The translations under genes and the position numbers were made by a program. A DNA stretch of 62,981 bases, counting the filler, from Hyphochytrium catenoides (Eukaryota > Protista > Hyphochytriomycota): NCBI GenBank assembly GCA_900088475.1. It is 4 parts of 4 records of this genome, joined end to end, with 100 filler letters (N's around TTAATTAATTAA, not from the genome) between each part and the next. Parts side by side here need not be neighbours in the genome. Positions count along the whole stretch, not along the records: positions 36,387 to 62,981 come from FLMG01003611.1; 3 more parts are not named here. One strand, written 5' to 3'. Below are positions 47,666-60,991 of the stretch, piece by piece (within the stretch, counting starts at the first letter, position 1; each line of letters opens with the position of its first letter). Below the pieces are notes generated by a model. That model saw nothing but the letters and a program-made list of their open reading frames with translations. It did not search any database and had not been told where the DNA came from.

Positions 47666-50600
47666 TCACTCTTCCTCATCTTCATCATCAATAACCTGAA
47701 ACCAAAGGTAACGCAGAGATGTAGGCGACAGTTAGGACGGAGAGTTTGCAGAGAAAGTTAACAGAGAGTGGACAGGGGCAACGCGGAGAAGAGAGACAGG
47801 GAGAAATCAGAAGCTAACGTGACGTTAGCCACCTGTAAGAGGCTTACTCTTGAGCTGTAAGGGAGACGAAAGAGCGTGAAGGAAAATCAGAGCAAAATGA
47901 CAGAGCTTGAGACGTTAAGCACTTCACCTTCGATCTCTTTGCAGCTGGCGCTTGGGTGCCATTCTCCTCATCTACTGTTGCATCAGCTTTCCGTTTGCCT
48001 CCATCACCATCATCTTCGGCCTGTCCTGTCTTTTGCTTCTGCCCAAAGTCGTCATCGTCATCTTCCTCAGAGTCGCTTCCAAAGATTTCCTTCACATCAC
48101 TAATATAGCGCTTCACATTCTGCGCATTAAGAAGACAAGGAAAGAGATTGAGGGACGGGAGGAGATCAAGAGCATATGGGAAGCGGGAGATGGCAGCGAC
48201 TGAAAGGTAGACTAGCGAAGAGATAGGACTGAAGCCATGGGAGAGGGCAGGACGGATGGTCAGATTAGCTTCAATGACAGCTGTGAATCAATTCTTTCAA
48301 GAGAGCCAAGACAGAGACTAAGAGCTTAAAGAGAAGACCTGGTACCTCGTCGCCCGCTTTTCCGTTGGCAGATGCTGTATTATCCTTCCCTTCCTCCTCA
48401 TTATCGCTAACATCTGTGCCAAAGAGCTCCTTCTCATCATAGTCTGCACCTCCATCGCTGGACTCTGAAGACAGGGCTCTCTCTCGCTGCTTCTTGGTCT
48501 TCTTCCCCTTTTTCTTGAGTAGATTTTTAAGTCTAGGGTTCTTATCCAGGAGATCTTCTCCCAAGTCCCCGAGGTCCAAATCTCCGTCGTCGCCTTTATC
48601 TGACTCGTCACTCTCGAGCTCCTCTTTCTTCTGCAATGAGCAATGAACATATGAGCGATGCGACGCCTTTTCCACTCTTATTTTGGGCTGTTCGTGTCGC
48701 TCCCAGGGCTCACGCTAGGATTCCTTTCTCACTTACCTTCTTGCCCTTGCCCTTTGAGCTCTTCCTCTTCGACGTCTTCTCCTCACTCTCTTTCTGGGTC
48801 GCTCCCCATTGCGCAGTAAGCCGGGAAAGCTGCTCTTCGCGCTTTCTTGCGGCTTCTATCAAAGCTTTTCTTTTTTCCTCTTCTTCCTCCTGTGACGAAG
48901 CATGAGTACGTCGAGACTTTCGTAGCCAGCAGATAGCCCGCGTTACCTCTTTCTTTCTTCGCTCCAACTCCTCTCTCTCCTTTCTCTCTTTAAGACGTTG
49001 TTGCTGTTCTGCCAAAAGAGCCTTCTTCTTCTCTTCTTCTCTTCTTTCGTGTTGCAGGTGAACTTGGGCTTTGTCGAGGTTGTCCTAAAAATCACTTTAG
49101 ATGAGCACTCTAACTGCGATTTCCACCTTTTTCTCACCCTCCACCTGTGTGTCTCTACATATTCCCAGTCTCTCCTGGACCAAAGACTTCCACAAATGTG
49201 ACCTCCAGACCCCTTCAAAGCCCACAGTTCTCCCTCTCTACGTCGTTCATCACGCTAGCCCTTCCCCCTACTTCTATTTCCCTCGAGTCGCGACACTAGT
49301 GACAAGCTTTACAGCAGAGAACGCACCCTGCAGAAGAGCACATGCTTTTCGCATTTGCTCTTATCAAAGGGTACAGATCCCTCCTCCGCCTTTCCTACTA
49401 GGTAAGCAAAGGTACGAAGAGCTTGTTGAAGATTTTGGACAGCACGTTCCACGTCAGCTAGAGTCCGGCCCGAGGTCCTCTGTAAGGCTGCGACAGCACT
49501 TTCTTCTGCCGCGAGAGCCAAGTTATACCAGAGGCGATCGTCGGAAGGCGCGAGGACTAACGCCGCGGTTAGAGTCTCTATGCACTTGTCAAAGCGTTTG
49601 CTAAGATAGTAGGCGTGGGAGAGGTACAGGTGCAACTCCACATTCTATGCGGACACGAAGAGGGTACAGATTGTCAGAATGCGTTCAGGAAAGCGTGGTG
49701 AGCAACTGCGAGATGGAGGAGTAGCGTCACTTCTAAAGTTGATCACATGAGAAGCTGCGAAAAGATAGGGGGTAAGATAACTATGTCCAGGCTGAATGAG
49801 TGAAGCCCGAGCCAAACAGAGATCATGAAAGGCTCAAAAGAGATCTGCCATATGCAGAACTCAGTCTATACAACGAGACGCGGGCTCTAACAAAATCCGT
49901 CCTGCATACCCATTTCTTTTTGGGAAATGACACTTACCTGTCCATTGAAGCACTTCTTGTTGCAGGTTTGATAGAGTTGGACCGCCTCTTCGTACTTCTC
50001 AGCTGATACACTGAGGTGGGCAAGGTTGATCCACACGTCGGGAACGTCAGGGGCAGCTTCGCGCACCTAAACGTTGTACAGTGAGGGAGAGAGGCCAAGG
50101 GCTACTGGTCAATAGCGACTGGTCAATAGCGAAACCCAGGGATTAACGGCTTCAAAGCTGCAGCATTACAGAGAAAAGGTAAAAATTTAGGAAGCAGGCA
50201 CTCGCTATACCTGTGTAAAGACTTCCTTTGCTTCTTCCAGATGACCTCTCTCAGCCAGAACCACACCAAGCCCGTTGGCAGCATATATGTTCAAAGGCTC
50301 CAGCGAGAGTACCTTTCTATAGTAGTCCTTGCCTGAGCCGACACGTAATGGAGTGAGGCAATTAGTAGGAACCTTAAAAGGTCAATCAGACGGTTCTCAA
50401 GTCATCTTACATAGCTCAATATACTTTTCATACTTCCCCCTCTCGTCCAGATTCGCTAAGAAGATGTTTCCAAGAGCGATGCAAGCGTACGAATCATGCT
50501 TCCGCTGCATCAGCAAAATATGGGAAGAGTATTTTCAGCCAATGAGGATCGTGGCACCAATAGAGCACATGACAATGGTGATTGGGATCAGAAGCTTAAT

Positions 50601-53600
50601 GACATGGATGGAAGTCCATTAGAAGCGCAGAGGGCCCCATAATGCCCATAGAAACACGAGCTGGCAGTACACTTCTCAACAAAATGGCCACCGGAGGCTT
50701 GTTTCTAACCTTCTCGAGGATTTTCTCAAACTGTTTTTGAGCTATCGCCCACTCCTTCTTGGAGAGATGCAAACTTCCAATAAGGGCTAAAATATCTTCA
50801 CTATTCTTAGGATTCTGCTGCAGGGCCGCCTCAAACCTAGATGCCACGAGAAACAGACATCAAGTCAGGGAGGATTAAAACGGGGACAAAAGTCAGGGAG
50901 AATTTAAACGGGGACAACTCCGGCGTTTATGGGGTTCCAGCCGTTACCTAGCCTTTGCCTCGTCAACTCGACCTCTTTCCTTTGCTATGCAGCCTAGTCT
51001 GAGGATACCTGTAAGAGAAGGCGAACAGTCAGACCAAACAAGTTTTCCTACAGAAGGTAAGGTATTGCTAGAACGTTGATTTCCCTTAGCCATTGACTTT
51101 CAGTTTGGAACCCAGACTTACAGTCGACGTATGATGGTGAGAACTCAATGATGGCTTTGTATAGGGTCTCAGCAACGTTGAAGCTGCCTTTCTTCTCTAG
51201 TAGTCTCGCCAAGTTGTATAAAGTCGTGACATTGGTTGTAGTGACCGTGGGGCTCCTCGGTTGGTCCTCCTCCTGAATAAACTTTTCCCAGTTGAAAGGT
51301 TCCTCCTCCGACTGTTCCTCTTGCTCTTCCATATGTTCCTCTTTCTCGCACTTCTCGATCGCCTCCAAGGCGCGGATGTAGTATGTCTGGGCTGGGGATA
51401 GGTTGCCTGGTTCGAACAAGAGTGAAGACAGAGGGTTCATCGCGTCAGTAATTATCAGAGTTAGATTTGTGGTTCATAAATCGACGCAAACTTCCAGAGA
51501 GCAAGTATACGTTGAAGACATGGCAGTGTCCAAAACCCATGAACGGTATAAGGAAGAGCTCAACGAGAATGCGATGAGTGCAAGTGTTAGAGAAGGGTAA
51601 TGGAGGTGAAAGCACGATAACCAAGGCGAAGGAAGTCTGCTTCTTCATACCAAGGACATGGTGCAGTACGGCAATGTTGTTTAGTAGTTGGAACTCGATC
51701 TTCTCACTTCTCTGCCCAAGTAGTTGCTCCACTCTGAGGTAGGCGGCTAGGGCCTGTTCCTGTCCTCCATCTTGGGGCCGTTGCTGCAGCAGCTGGGCAA
51801 TCTCTAGCTGCGCCTGCACATCCGTAGGCTTCAACTCGATGACCCGACGGAAGTACTGAATGGCTTGATCCTTGCGCTATCGCAGAGAGGGAGTGGCCAA
51901 ATACCATAGCCAGGCAGAGTTGACAGACGGCGGTCATTTAATATTGATAAGGCCGATCTTTCGGGGTCAAAGGAGGGCAAATGGGCAGAGACTCACTAGG
52001 CGCAGATCAACGCAAAGCCGAGCCCCCTAATTGAAGATATTTAAGTCTCACGGTTTTTTGGTAAGGTTTCGTACCTTCGTTTGTGAGTGAAGCCATCCCA
52101 AGATAAGCAACGCCTCTCGGCTTTCAGAGTTGGCAACCAGCACCTTCTCAAAGCACTCGATCGCCTTCTCGAGGTTTGCACTTCTCCTGGCGGGATTTTC
52201 CATGGCCTCATATATATAGTATTGACCCAGACCGAAGTGTGCGAGCACAAAGTCTCGGCTCTGACAGATGGGGAGCGATACGACATAGAAGCAGAGGGGT
52301 ATCAGTTTGGAATGGCGTTAGGATGCAGTTACCGAGTCGTCAGGACCAAACGGCATCATTATACCAGACGAGAGTCCAGATAGGCAGACAAACGAGTTAT
52401 TGTGTCCTACCCATCATCCATATATTGCATGAGACCTTCCTGGATGGAAAGAAGCTAAGAAACCTACCTGATTGTTCCTCGTAGCATTAAAATATTGTTC
52501 GTACGCTTCTTTGAACTTCCGCTCCGCATGGAAAGTCCTTGCCATAAGGTAGCAACTTTCAGCCCGAATCTCAGGCACCTAGGGGCAACATGTTAGCGTG
52601 TTGAGCTAGAACTTTAGCGGATAATCGCAACGCAGGGAGAGCAAAGATGTGGTGAAAGGTAGGAAGCAACAGTTCAATCAAAAGTTGAGCCTGAACATAG
52701 AGAGAAGAGTAGGATTATGGTCCAGGAGATTGACCTCGGTATTGTGATAGGCGTTAGTCGCGAGCTGAAGAGTCCTTTGGAAGTCCTTTTTGAAGAGTGG
52801 AAGGTCTGAATGGACAGAGGGAAGGCCATTATAATTAGCCTCTCTCAGTCTGTCAAGTGTGCTATTTCCATTGTACCTGCTATCGATTGATCGCCTATCT
52901 CAGTGACCCAAAACACCCCTCCTTCTCTTCTTAACTCCGCCACAGTGAGCTCTTGGTCGTGCCATTGTCTCTCTCTTCCGTTCCTTTCTTAGTCCTGCAG
53001 TTTGATGGCCCGTCGTCTCAACTTCCCATACACTCCCAAGAACTCCAGTTTACACCCCGGTTGTCTGTCGCACCCGTTTCTGAAGCCAGATTATACTTCT
53101 CTGTCAATCTCAGCTGGTGATCGTTGAGCACAGCTTCTACGTTGCTTCCAAATTGCTCCCCAATCCTCACAGGAGAGCCGACAGAGAACTCTCCAATCAA
53201 TTCCCTGCTGCAGGTGATGATTGGAGATCCCTGCCGGACACTGACAGTACCAGGCACGCGTATCCACTTCCAGAAATAGTGGTCCGCCAGATGATTCAAG
53301 ATCTGAAGGATATTCAGGACAAATCGAGATGATTAGGCGGGAAGGGTAGAAGAAAGATACACCTTAGCCGAGGTGTTGCACTTGAACGAAAGGCACACAC
53401 ATAGCTGATTCCATACTAAAGCAGCTCTCCTATCACCGACTTACAACCAAGCAATGGGCTAAATAGAAGAGGGTGAAACCTGGGACCCATTAAAGAGAGG
53501 GCGCAACGCTGAAGGCCGTTGAAGCTTAGGAAGTGCCACGTACCATTGGATGCGTGTTGTCCACGTTATACGCCTGTGAGAGCATGTGTAACGCGTTTTC

Positions 53601-55126
53601 CAGCCTCTGCTTTCTCTGTTCCTTGGTTCCCTCTGTGCTGCGCAGCTGAAGAACAGCTAAAGCGACAATCGCATCGACGTTTTTGGGCTATACAGGAGAC
53701 ATAGCCGACGAGGTTGTAAAAGGATATGGCAAGAGCTAAGGGTTAGAGACCAAAGCCCACATCATTTGCGAACCGAAGTATGTCTTACATCAAGTTCTAG
53801 TGCCCTTTTCACTGCGTCCTTGGCTTTGTCTGGCTGGCCAAGCTTATAGCAGCAGATTCCGAACATGAGGCGGAGATTGGAGGCATTCGGTGCCAGAGGG
53901 TTTAGCATAATTGCTTCCTTATAGTAGCGTCTGGCCTCAAGGTAGCGCCCTTTCATAAAGGCAATGCAAGCCTGTTTTTCAAAAATGAGCAGATGGAGAG
54001 CGTTAAATACCAAAGAAACTCAATCTTTAATCTTCTGAAGGACCTGCGCGCTCTCTCTCACTCAGTAGAGTAGAGTGTCCAATTTAATATTATATTATCT
54101 TTCCTCCTTTTCCGTTCTCCCTTCCCTCCCAACGAGTTATGTTTCTTCTTACCTTGCCGAGATGAGCGGGGATATTTTCTCGATGCTGCTGAAGCGCATT
54201 ATCCAGCTGATATTGGGCGGCTGTCACATCGCCCACGCTAAGGTACATCACACCTGCAAATACACTGCTAAGAGACTCTACGGGGACAGGTTTGGGGGTG
54301 CAGGGCACAGCTCATAATAAGGGAAGACAGCTAAATCTAGCGAGAGAAAGAAAAGAGTATCAAAACGGAAAAGCGCAGGTGTTCTTGCTCCTCTTGTACC
54401 TTTGCCCACCCAGGTCATCTCATACATATGGTCAATTCTGTCTGCGCGGTTAAAATAGTCCAACGCGGCCTGCTTCAGATCATCTTTTCGCCTTTCCTTC
54501 AACATGCTCTTTGTGCAATGCGCAGCTAGGGTGTTCAGGATCTTGATTCTGGCCATACGGGATGCACTATCGTTGTAGTACTCTTCCACAACTGCGAGGA
54601 GGTTCAGACACGGGCGCAAGAAAGTTACAAGGAGAGCGAGAAGGTGTTACGTCGCAGCTTGATGAGTCTATGGCAAAGCACTCAGAATGCTATTAGAGCC
54701 GGCAGGGTGGTAGAAGGAGAGGAAGAAAAGATAAGAGGGAAATTTGAGACAACGCACTCAGAGAGTGGTGGATGTGCCGTTGCACCAACTGCTAGGACAG
54801 GCCATACCCGGATCTGATCCTTCTCTCAGAATCTGCAAGAAGGCGTCCTGCCGACCCTGTTTGTAGAATTCCACCTGATACATGGTGAGAAGCAGAAGTG
54901 CAAGATAAGACGATGGAAGCACTAAGAAGACGTAAGCTTCGCCCACCGCGAACTGGAGCCAGATCTCCAGAGGCGCCATCTCAGCCTTAAGGACATCAAT
55001 CAGGTCATTTACATCCGCAGGAAGCTCATCCACGAAGACCTCCACGCCCTCGTCACTTCCTTGGACAGGAATGAAGATGCTCCGGGGCAGGCTCTCCTCC
55101 CGATGCATTGCCACCTCCGCGGCCAT
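47666..55126 (-). CDS. CTR9: RNA polymerase II-associated PAF1 complex subunit CTR9, multi-exon
   Basis: SIFIPVQGSDEGVEVFVDELP...VLKAEMAPLEIW..FAVEFYKQG, DYFNRADRID, many TPRs, VTTLYNLARLLE, NIYAANGLGVVLAE, PDVWINLAHL, acidic/basic tail. Stop at 47666-47668. Confidence 0.93.
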
Positions 55127-55871
55127 GGTTCCCCAGCTGCCGAGTATCACTTGAACCTCTACAGCTATTGGTGCGCCACGAGCTCTATCACTAGATGGCC
55201 TGCCCTTTCACTTAACCTGTCTGCTAATCATCAGATGTCTCCGTCTTCCTCTCCGCTGCGCCTGAGCTTCCAATCTTCTTTCTGATCACAGCGCCGCCCA
55301 GTAGACGCCGACTGCCTTTTACTCTCCTCCGTCTGCATCATCAGCCGTGGAAAGGCAATGAAGATCGTGATAGCATAACTCCTATTCATTGGCCGCTTCA
55401 TCTCAACATTGCACACACAGTCTCAGCATTGCTCCATAACTAGCCGTTTGCTGCCTTTAATGCTCATATATGCATGCCGTTACCGATTATTGACAGACAG
55501 CGGCTAACGGCCGGTCTCGGAGGTTAAACTGAACCGTTTTTCCCGCCCTTCTTGGCCTTCCTCTTGAGCTGTCGTCCAGTCCTCCTGCCGCCGTGCACGA
55601 GGATGATGGCCTGCTGATGGGCCTTGGCAGTGACGGCGCATGCCTCAGACTTGGCAGCGGATTCGAAGTTGAAGGGTAAGCCGGTCTGACTGGGAGTGCT
55701 GAGTGGCTCTAACAAACCAGCTACATCGTCCGTAACTTGGTTCACTGTCCTCGCATTAGGTAGGCCCTTCATCAACGGGAAGGTGTATAAAGAAATTCTG
55801 ACACAGGTCTCCTTTGAGAGGAAAGAAGGGTATATTAGTCAGGAAGCAGGTGTCAAGTGGGCTTTCTCCGC

Positions 55872-58228
55872 ATGAAAGGTGGGCAGAGCGGATCCCCTCA
55901 GATGTCTGAGCCACATGGCAAGCGCCAAAGGAGAGAAGGTGTCTCCGGGAGCTCGACCCCCCGCACCTTTCAGTGCCTACTGACGGAGCTGCCCGACGAT
56001 CTACTTCGACGGATATTTGCTTTGGCGGCGGAACCTGTCCGTTACGAGGAGTGCGAAGCTCGGGATTGCAGACCAAGACTGAAAAGTGAGCCTCTTCTCA
56101 GACGTGCCAGCAGCAGGTGTCTGGGGCATCTGCTTCTCAGCCAAAAGATTCGAGCCGCTCTGCAACCAGCTCTTAAGAGCATATATGAGCTCCCTCATCT
56201 TCATCTCAATATCCATCTAGGCGAAGTCAAGGTCACAGAAATCCTGCCTCGCATTCTGAGGAAACTCAAGTCACATAGAGGGGACTTCGTGACAGATCTC
56301 AACATCAGCTATCAGGCCGTTAGAGCCACAAAGAAGAACTCTTCTCAGAGAAGACGTAAGTCAGAGGAGTTTGAAGAGGAAGGAGACCTCTCTCTGGACA
56401 AACAGGTAACTTGGGATGACGTCTTCCGGATGGCGCCTTGGGTTCAGAGGTTGGACATAAGTGGGGGACAAGTCTCTCCAGAGGTCGGCAAGAATCAAAT
56501 AGTGGAGTCTGCGTCTCGCCTCCTAACTCGATTGGATCGCCTTATTCTAATGACGGCCGACAGCTGTTCCTATCTCTTCAGTAGTGCGGAGGATCTACGT
56601 GAGAAGGATGCCGAGGAGGCTTCCTTTACGTATTCGACAACTCTTCTACCCCACGATAGAGGAGAATTTAGGACTTCGTCGGTCTATGGACCAAGCCCCT
56701 CGGTCCTAAAGCTAGCTCTGAAGCGGTGGATGCATTATCACGGGGGCATTCGCCGCTTGTACATCGACAAGGCGCTTTTAGGTTCCAATAGCTTGGATGA
56801 CAAGTTCTACAAAATTCTAACGGCTTATGGCCGTAAACTAGAGATGGTTGGTGTTATGGGACTGCGGGACCCAATGCTATCCTGGCACCGCTTGCCTGTC
56901 ATCCGGCAAACAGTATCCACGGATGTCTTGAGCACCTTCTTCAGGCGCTGTCCAAACCTGATGGATTGGGTTTTCGAAGTCAATCACTTAGAGCAAGATC
57001 CAGACATCTTTCTAAAGCTTTCAGGTTCAACCAAGCCAAAGCTTGAGAATTTGTCAATAGTACAGAGTGGAGAGAAGCTCTACTGGGCTGAGAAAGACTA
57101 TGATGAGACCGGCTATTGGGAATCCCCTGACGAGACAGATGAGGATCTGTTGCAGAATGTGAACTGTCAGCTAGTGAAGTTTATATCGACCTGTCCAGCG
57201 TTAAAGTCCTTCGGTCTCTCTGGGCTGAACCCTTTCCGTAAGTGGCGACCTCGTTTCTTGCCGTCCTTATGGTCACCTGGTCTTCCTTTCGCTGTTAGGG
57301 TACCTCCTCTTCCTCTACTAACTCTCTCTGCAAGAATGTACAATGTCTCATTTCTTGGATTCTAATCAGACCCTCTTTACGTTGCACCTTCCACGTCTGC
57401 CCTTCAGAATTTCTTACCGATGCCGTTATTGGAGGTATCGTGAAGCATTGTCCAGAATTTAGGGAACTCGAAGTGCATCATGAGTTTGTGCTCCATCCGA
57501 AGCACGTCTATAGCATTGAGATTAGTGATGTTTCTCTGCGAGCTCTTGCAAGACTTCCCAAGCTAAAAACGCTGACGATAGGAGGATATACACGCATAAC
57601 AGGCACAGGTCTTGCTCACTTCTTTGTTCAGTCCAAGTCTACAGAATGTCAAATCCTTATTGAGCCACAATATGCTCTGCCTAGTTGGCATCGGAGAAGG
57701 GAGCTCTTCCAGGTCTTGGTGGACTTCGCTTCTACCATCACACAGCCAAAAGTAGCGGAGGCTCTCAAAAAGGTGCAGATGGAGCAACCCAAGCGAGACA
57801 TTCACCTATACCTTGTGATAAGGACCCTTAGCAGAGCCAGGGACAAGAAACTGCGGAAAATGGCCAGGAGAGAAGTCCCACTGCTTATGAGCAAAGTGCT
57901 GCAAACGTACCCAACCTGTTTTGTCAAAACTAGTGGTCTTATGCTTTGTGCTCAGGGTAGAGACCCAAACGGCTGGGATTATGACCCTTGGTTCATCGAC
58001 GATCCCGAAGTGGAGTACGAAGACGAAGAAGGAGATTCTGACGAAGAGCCGGAAGAGGAAGAAGAGGAGGAGAGTCCCTACGAGTATGACTCCTTCTCAG
58101 AGAGCGATACAGAGGATGAGGGAGAAGACTCCGACGCAGAGGAACCGCAGAAATCTAAGCCCAGAACTTTCAGAAATGGCCACTTCGTCTTTTCAACCAA
58201 CCCAGAACACCGAGACCCGTTTCTATGA
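55872..58228 (+). CDS. F-box/RNI-like leucine-rich repeat protein with acidic tail (one clear intron, 57238-57407; upstream exons possible)
   Basis: F-box-like LTELPDDLLRRIFAL; LRR-like units FFRRCPNL, FISTCPALKSFGL, IVKHCPEFRELEV, ISDVSLRALARLPKLKTLTIGGYTRITGTGL. Confidence 0.72.
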
Positions 58229-58723
58229 CCCTTTGTCTAGGATGCAGTTTCTATTCTAAATGTGAGACGGTGTCAGGCCACTTTTCCCTATTCACTTTAG
58301 CGTTATGAGAACTCCCTTTTCTGAGTCCGATCCGCCCTCTCTCTTCTTCATTCGATGTTTAGCAAAACGGGTGCTGAGGCCTCCGATTAATTCGCAGCTC
58401 CTCTGCAATTGGTGTTAGGCAGCTGCACTTCTTCTTACGCGCGCCATAATCTACCCATAGACCTTAGGATAGCAGGATATTACACCCTTAGTGACTGCGA
58501 GCCTGACTGGCTGAAGCCCTAAAGCATCACCAGGCCAGGCCTCTGGAGTGGACTGATGCAAAGCTAGGAGATAACAGTACACCTCGTAAGGAGGGAATTC
58601 CTGAGCCCCTACTTTGCGGAGAAGAAAGGAATAGGTGGCGCCCTAGTGGCCCTGGCTCCTACTAGCTTTACTTAGCGGTTGGTGAACGACGACCTGGCTC
58701 AGCACCTGCATGACCGCGCTCGG

Positions 58724-59999
58724 TCAGGACTTTTTCTCTGATTTCAGAACCACGTCCTCGATGTATTCATAGAGTTCAAGAGCAGAGCCGTCCTTTACAG
58801 TAATATCCTCAGGATCTGGGGTCCATGACTAGATGTGTTCGGAGACATCAGAAATGGCTGCTGAAGTCTTTTCACTTATCCTTACCTTAGCGCTGTCCTC
58901 CCTCTTTTTCAGCACCTCCACTTTTGCCAAAAAGTCGTCATCTGCTACGCTCAAGTGTCCTTCTTCGTCCTCCTCATCACCGCCATCGAGATGGTCATCG
59001 CTATTTCAAGAACGTGAGTTAAGGCGCAGAGCAAGCTCTTGGAGCTGCATTACCTTAGTAACAGTCCATCATCGTCGTCTAGCTCGTTTTCGTCAACACC
59101 ATCATCATCAAGCCTTGGAGCCCCAATGGCAGGCGACGTCAATGACGTATCGGATTTGGTGGGAGCTGCCCTTCTGCTTTCGCTTGGTTCATCATGGCCA
59201 GCAGCCACCGGTTTCGACTGTTAATGGACGACAAGTCATATAAATAAATCACTTTTGCTCTAAGCGGTATAGAAGAGTAATACCATGGCTGGCTTGTCCT
59301 CCCTACGACTAGTCTGGAGCTCGTTGCTCCCTTGTATAGGTAGATCCGTGCTCCTTTCTTTGTTGGCGGCAGCTTCAACCTGTGTAGCATTCAGGCATTG
59401 AGCTTGTGTTGCCTCTGATTCATACCTTTGTTTACCTTTTGCCGTAGGAATTCTCTCAATACTAAGAGCAAAAGAGGCTCTGCCTCACTATCTTTTCCCG
59501 GAACCCCTAACGTCTGAGCAAGCTCATCTCGGCGGCGGTACATTCCCTACCAAGTGGAGCGTCAGGGGACCCCGTGACAATCCTGCATCGAACGTCAACG
59601 TACCAAATTTACTTCAGGCATAAACACAGACTGCGAGCTCTCAAGCTTGTAATAGGCCAAGTACTCGGCCATGAGCTCAGCTAGAAGCCTTCCTAGAATC
59701 TCTTTGTGAGCGAGAAAAGTTCCATAAGTCTCTATCGTTGACTACCATACCTTCAGGGGTGCTTGTCGCCTTAAGACTGCTAGGGTTGGGTTGGTAGATA
59801 CCATGAAGTCGCTCCTGTTCATCTATTACGGTCATCACTGCGGCCCTGAGCTGAGCCTGTGACATAAAGGGAAGCAGTAAGCGGAGGCAGCTTTCAATTT
59901 GCCTCTCATAACGCCCACCCGGATCGTGTTGAGGATGCCCTTTGCCTCCAAAGTATGTGACACAAGATTCTTGAGCTCGGATTCATCCTCCGCCGACAT
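58724..59999 (-). CDS. CEP43: Centrosomal protein CEP43/FOP (TONNEAU1-like, LisH), multi-exon
   Basis: Spliced N-terminus MSAEDESELKNLVSHTLEAKGILNTIR|AQLRAAVMTVIDEQE, LisH-like ELMAEYLAYYKLESSQSVFMPE, C-terminal EDITV....LELYEYIEDV matching the FOP tail. TGA at 58724-58726. Confidence 0.8.
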
Positions 60000-60991
60000 T
60001 CTACCCGTGTTTCCGGTACTCGAAGTTGTTTGACGACGTTGATAATGAGATTGCCTTCGTACTTGCTTAAGGGCCTGCGTATTTCCGAGAAGCTGTCCGA
60101 GAGGTGCGGTACTGGCTTAGTGCTGTATCGATGCCAAACTCATTGAGATCGAATCTAGTCGCTTCGGCAGGCCTTGGCCCTGGGATGTCTCGTTGTGACA
60201 CAATGAGCACTCTAGACAGTTGCGGAGCTCCTCCCTGAAGACGAAGGTATGCTCCTGCCGACAGAAATCGTCAGAACCGCATCATCAGCAATAATAAAGC
60301 TCAACGCTGCTTCCATCTTCACATCTTTCTGTCGCTTCATTTGAGCAGAATGTCTGAAGGCCGCTAACGGACATTTACGTCAAGTGTTAGACATCGACAG
60401 ATTAGGAATATAGTCTATTGGATTCTAGATTCTGTTTCCTGCAAGTTACGGCCAAGCTGTACCATGATCCGTTTCATGATAAGTCCAGTCTTTATGTTCC
60501 TGTCTGATACTGGAACTAGCCATTGTCTATTACCCCTTCCGACCCTTTCCATCAATTTTAAGCATACCTTTACCTTGAAGGAAGGAATAAAAGGTTGAGT
60601 ACTTTGCGCGGCACAGAAGTGAAGAAAGAGCTTGCGCTTTTTATAGCGTTGGAGGCAAGTTCCCAAGCACCATCGCGCTTTGTGCAGAAAGCTGAAAAAC
60701 GAGGATGACAAAGCAGCAAATTGCGTTGAGACTGACTGCTATGTAGACGTTCCTTGGATGTGATACTGATAAACGAAGTTCCAGACAGAGATCGTCATAG
60801 GAGATTTATCAAGCAGACAACCCAAGCTTAGCCGTTGGAGCGTTGGCAGCCTGACAAGTGTGAGACGGTAAGCTTTGACTGTGGGTTGGTACAATGGTAG
60901 CTCTGTAGACATCATCGTAGGAGGAAGTTGACTCACTCTTCACTGCGGCTTACTTACCTCTCAGGCCTTGTAGACTATTTGACCGGAAAGG

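Noticed and set aside
60000-60990. ORFs between CEP43 and TVP15
   Set aside because: No supportable product; treated as divergent intergenic sequence.
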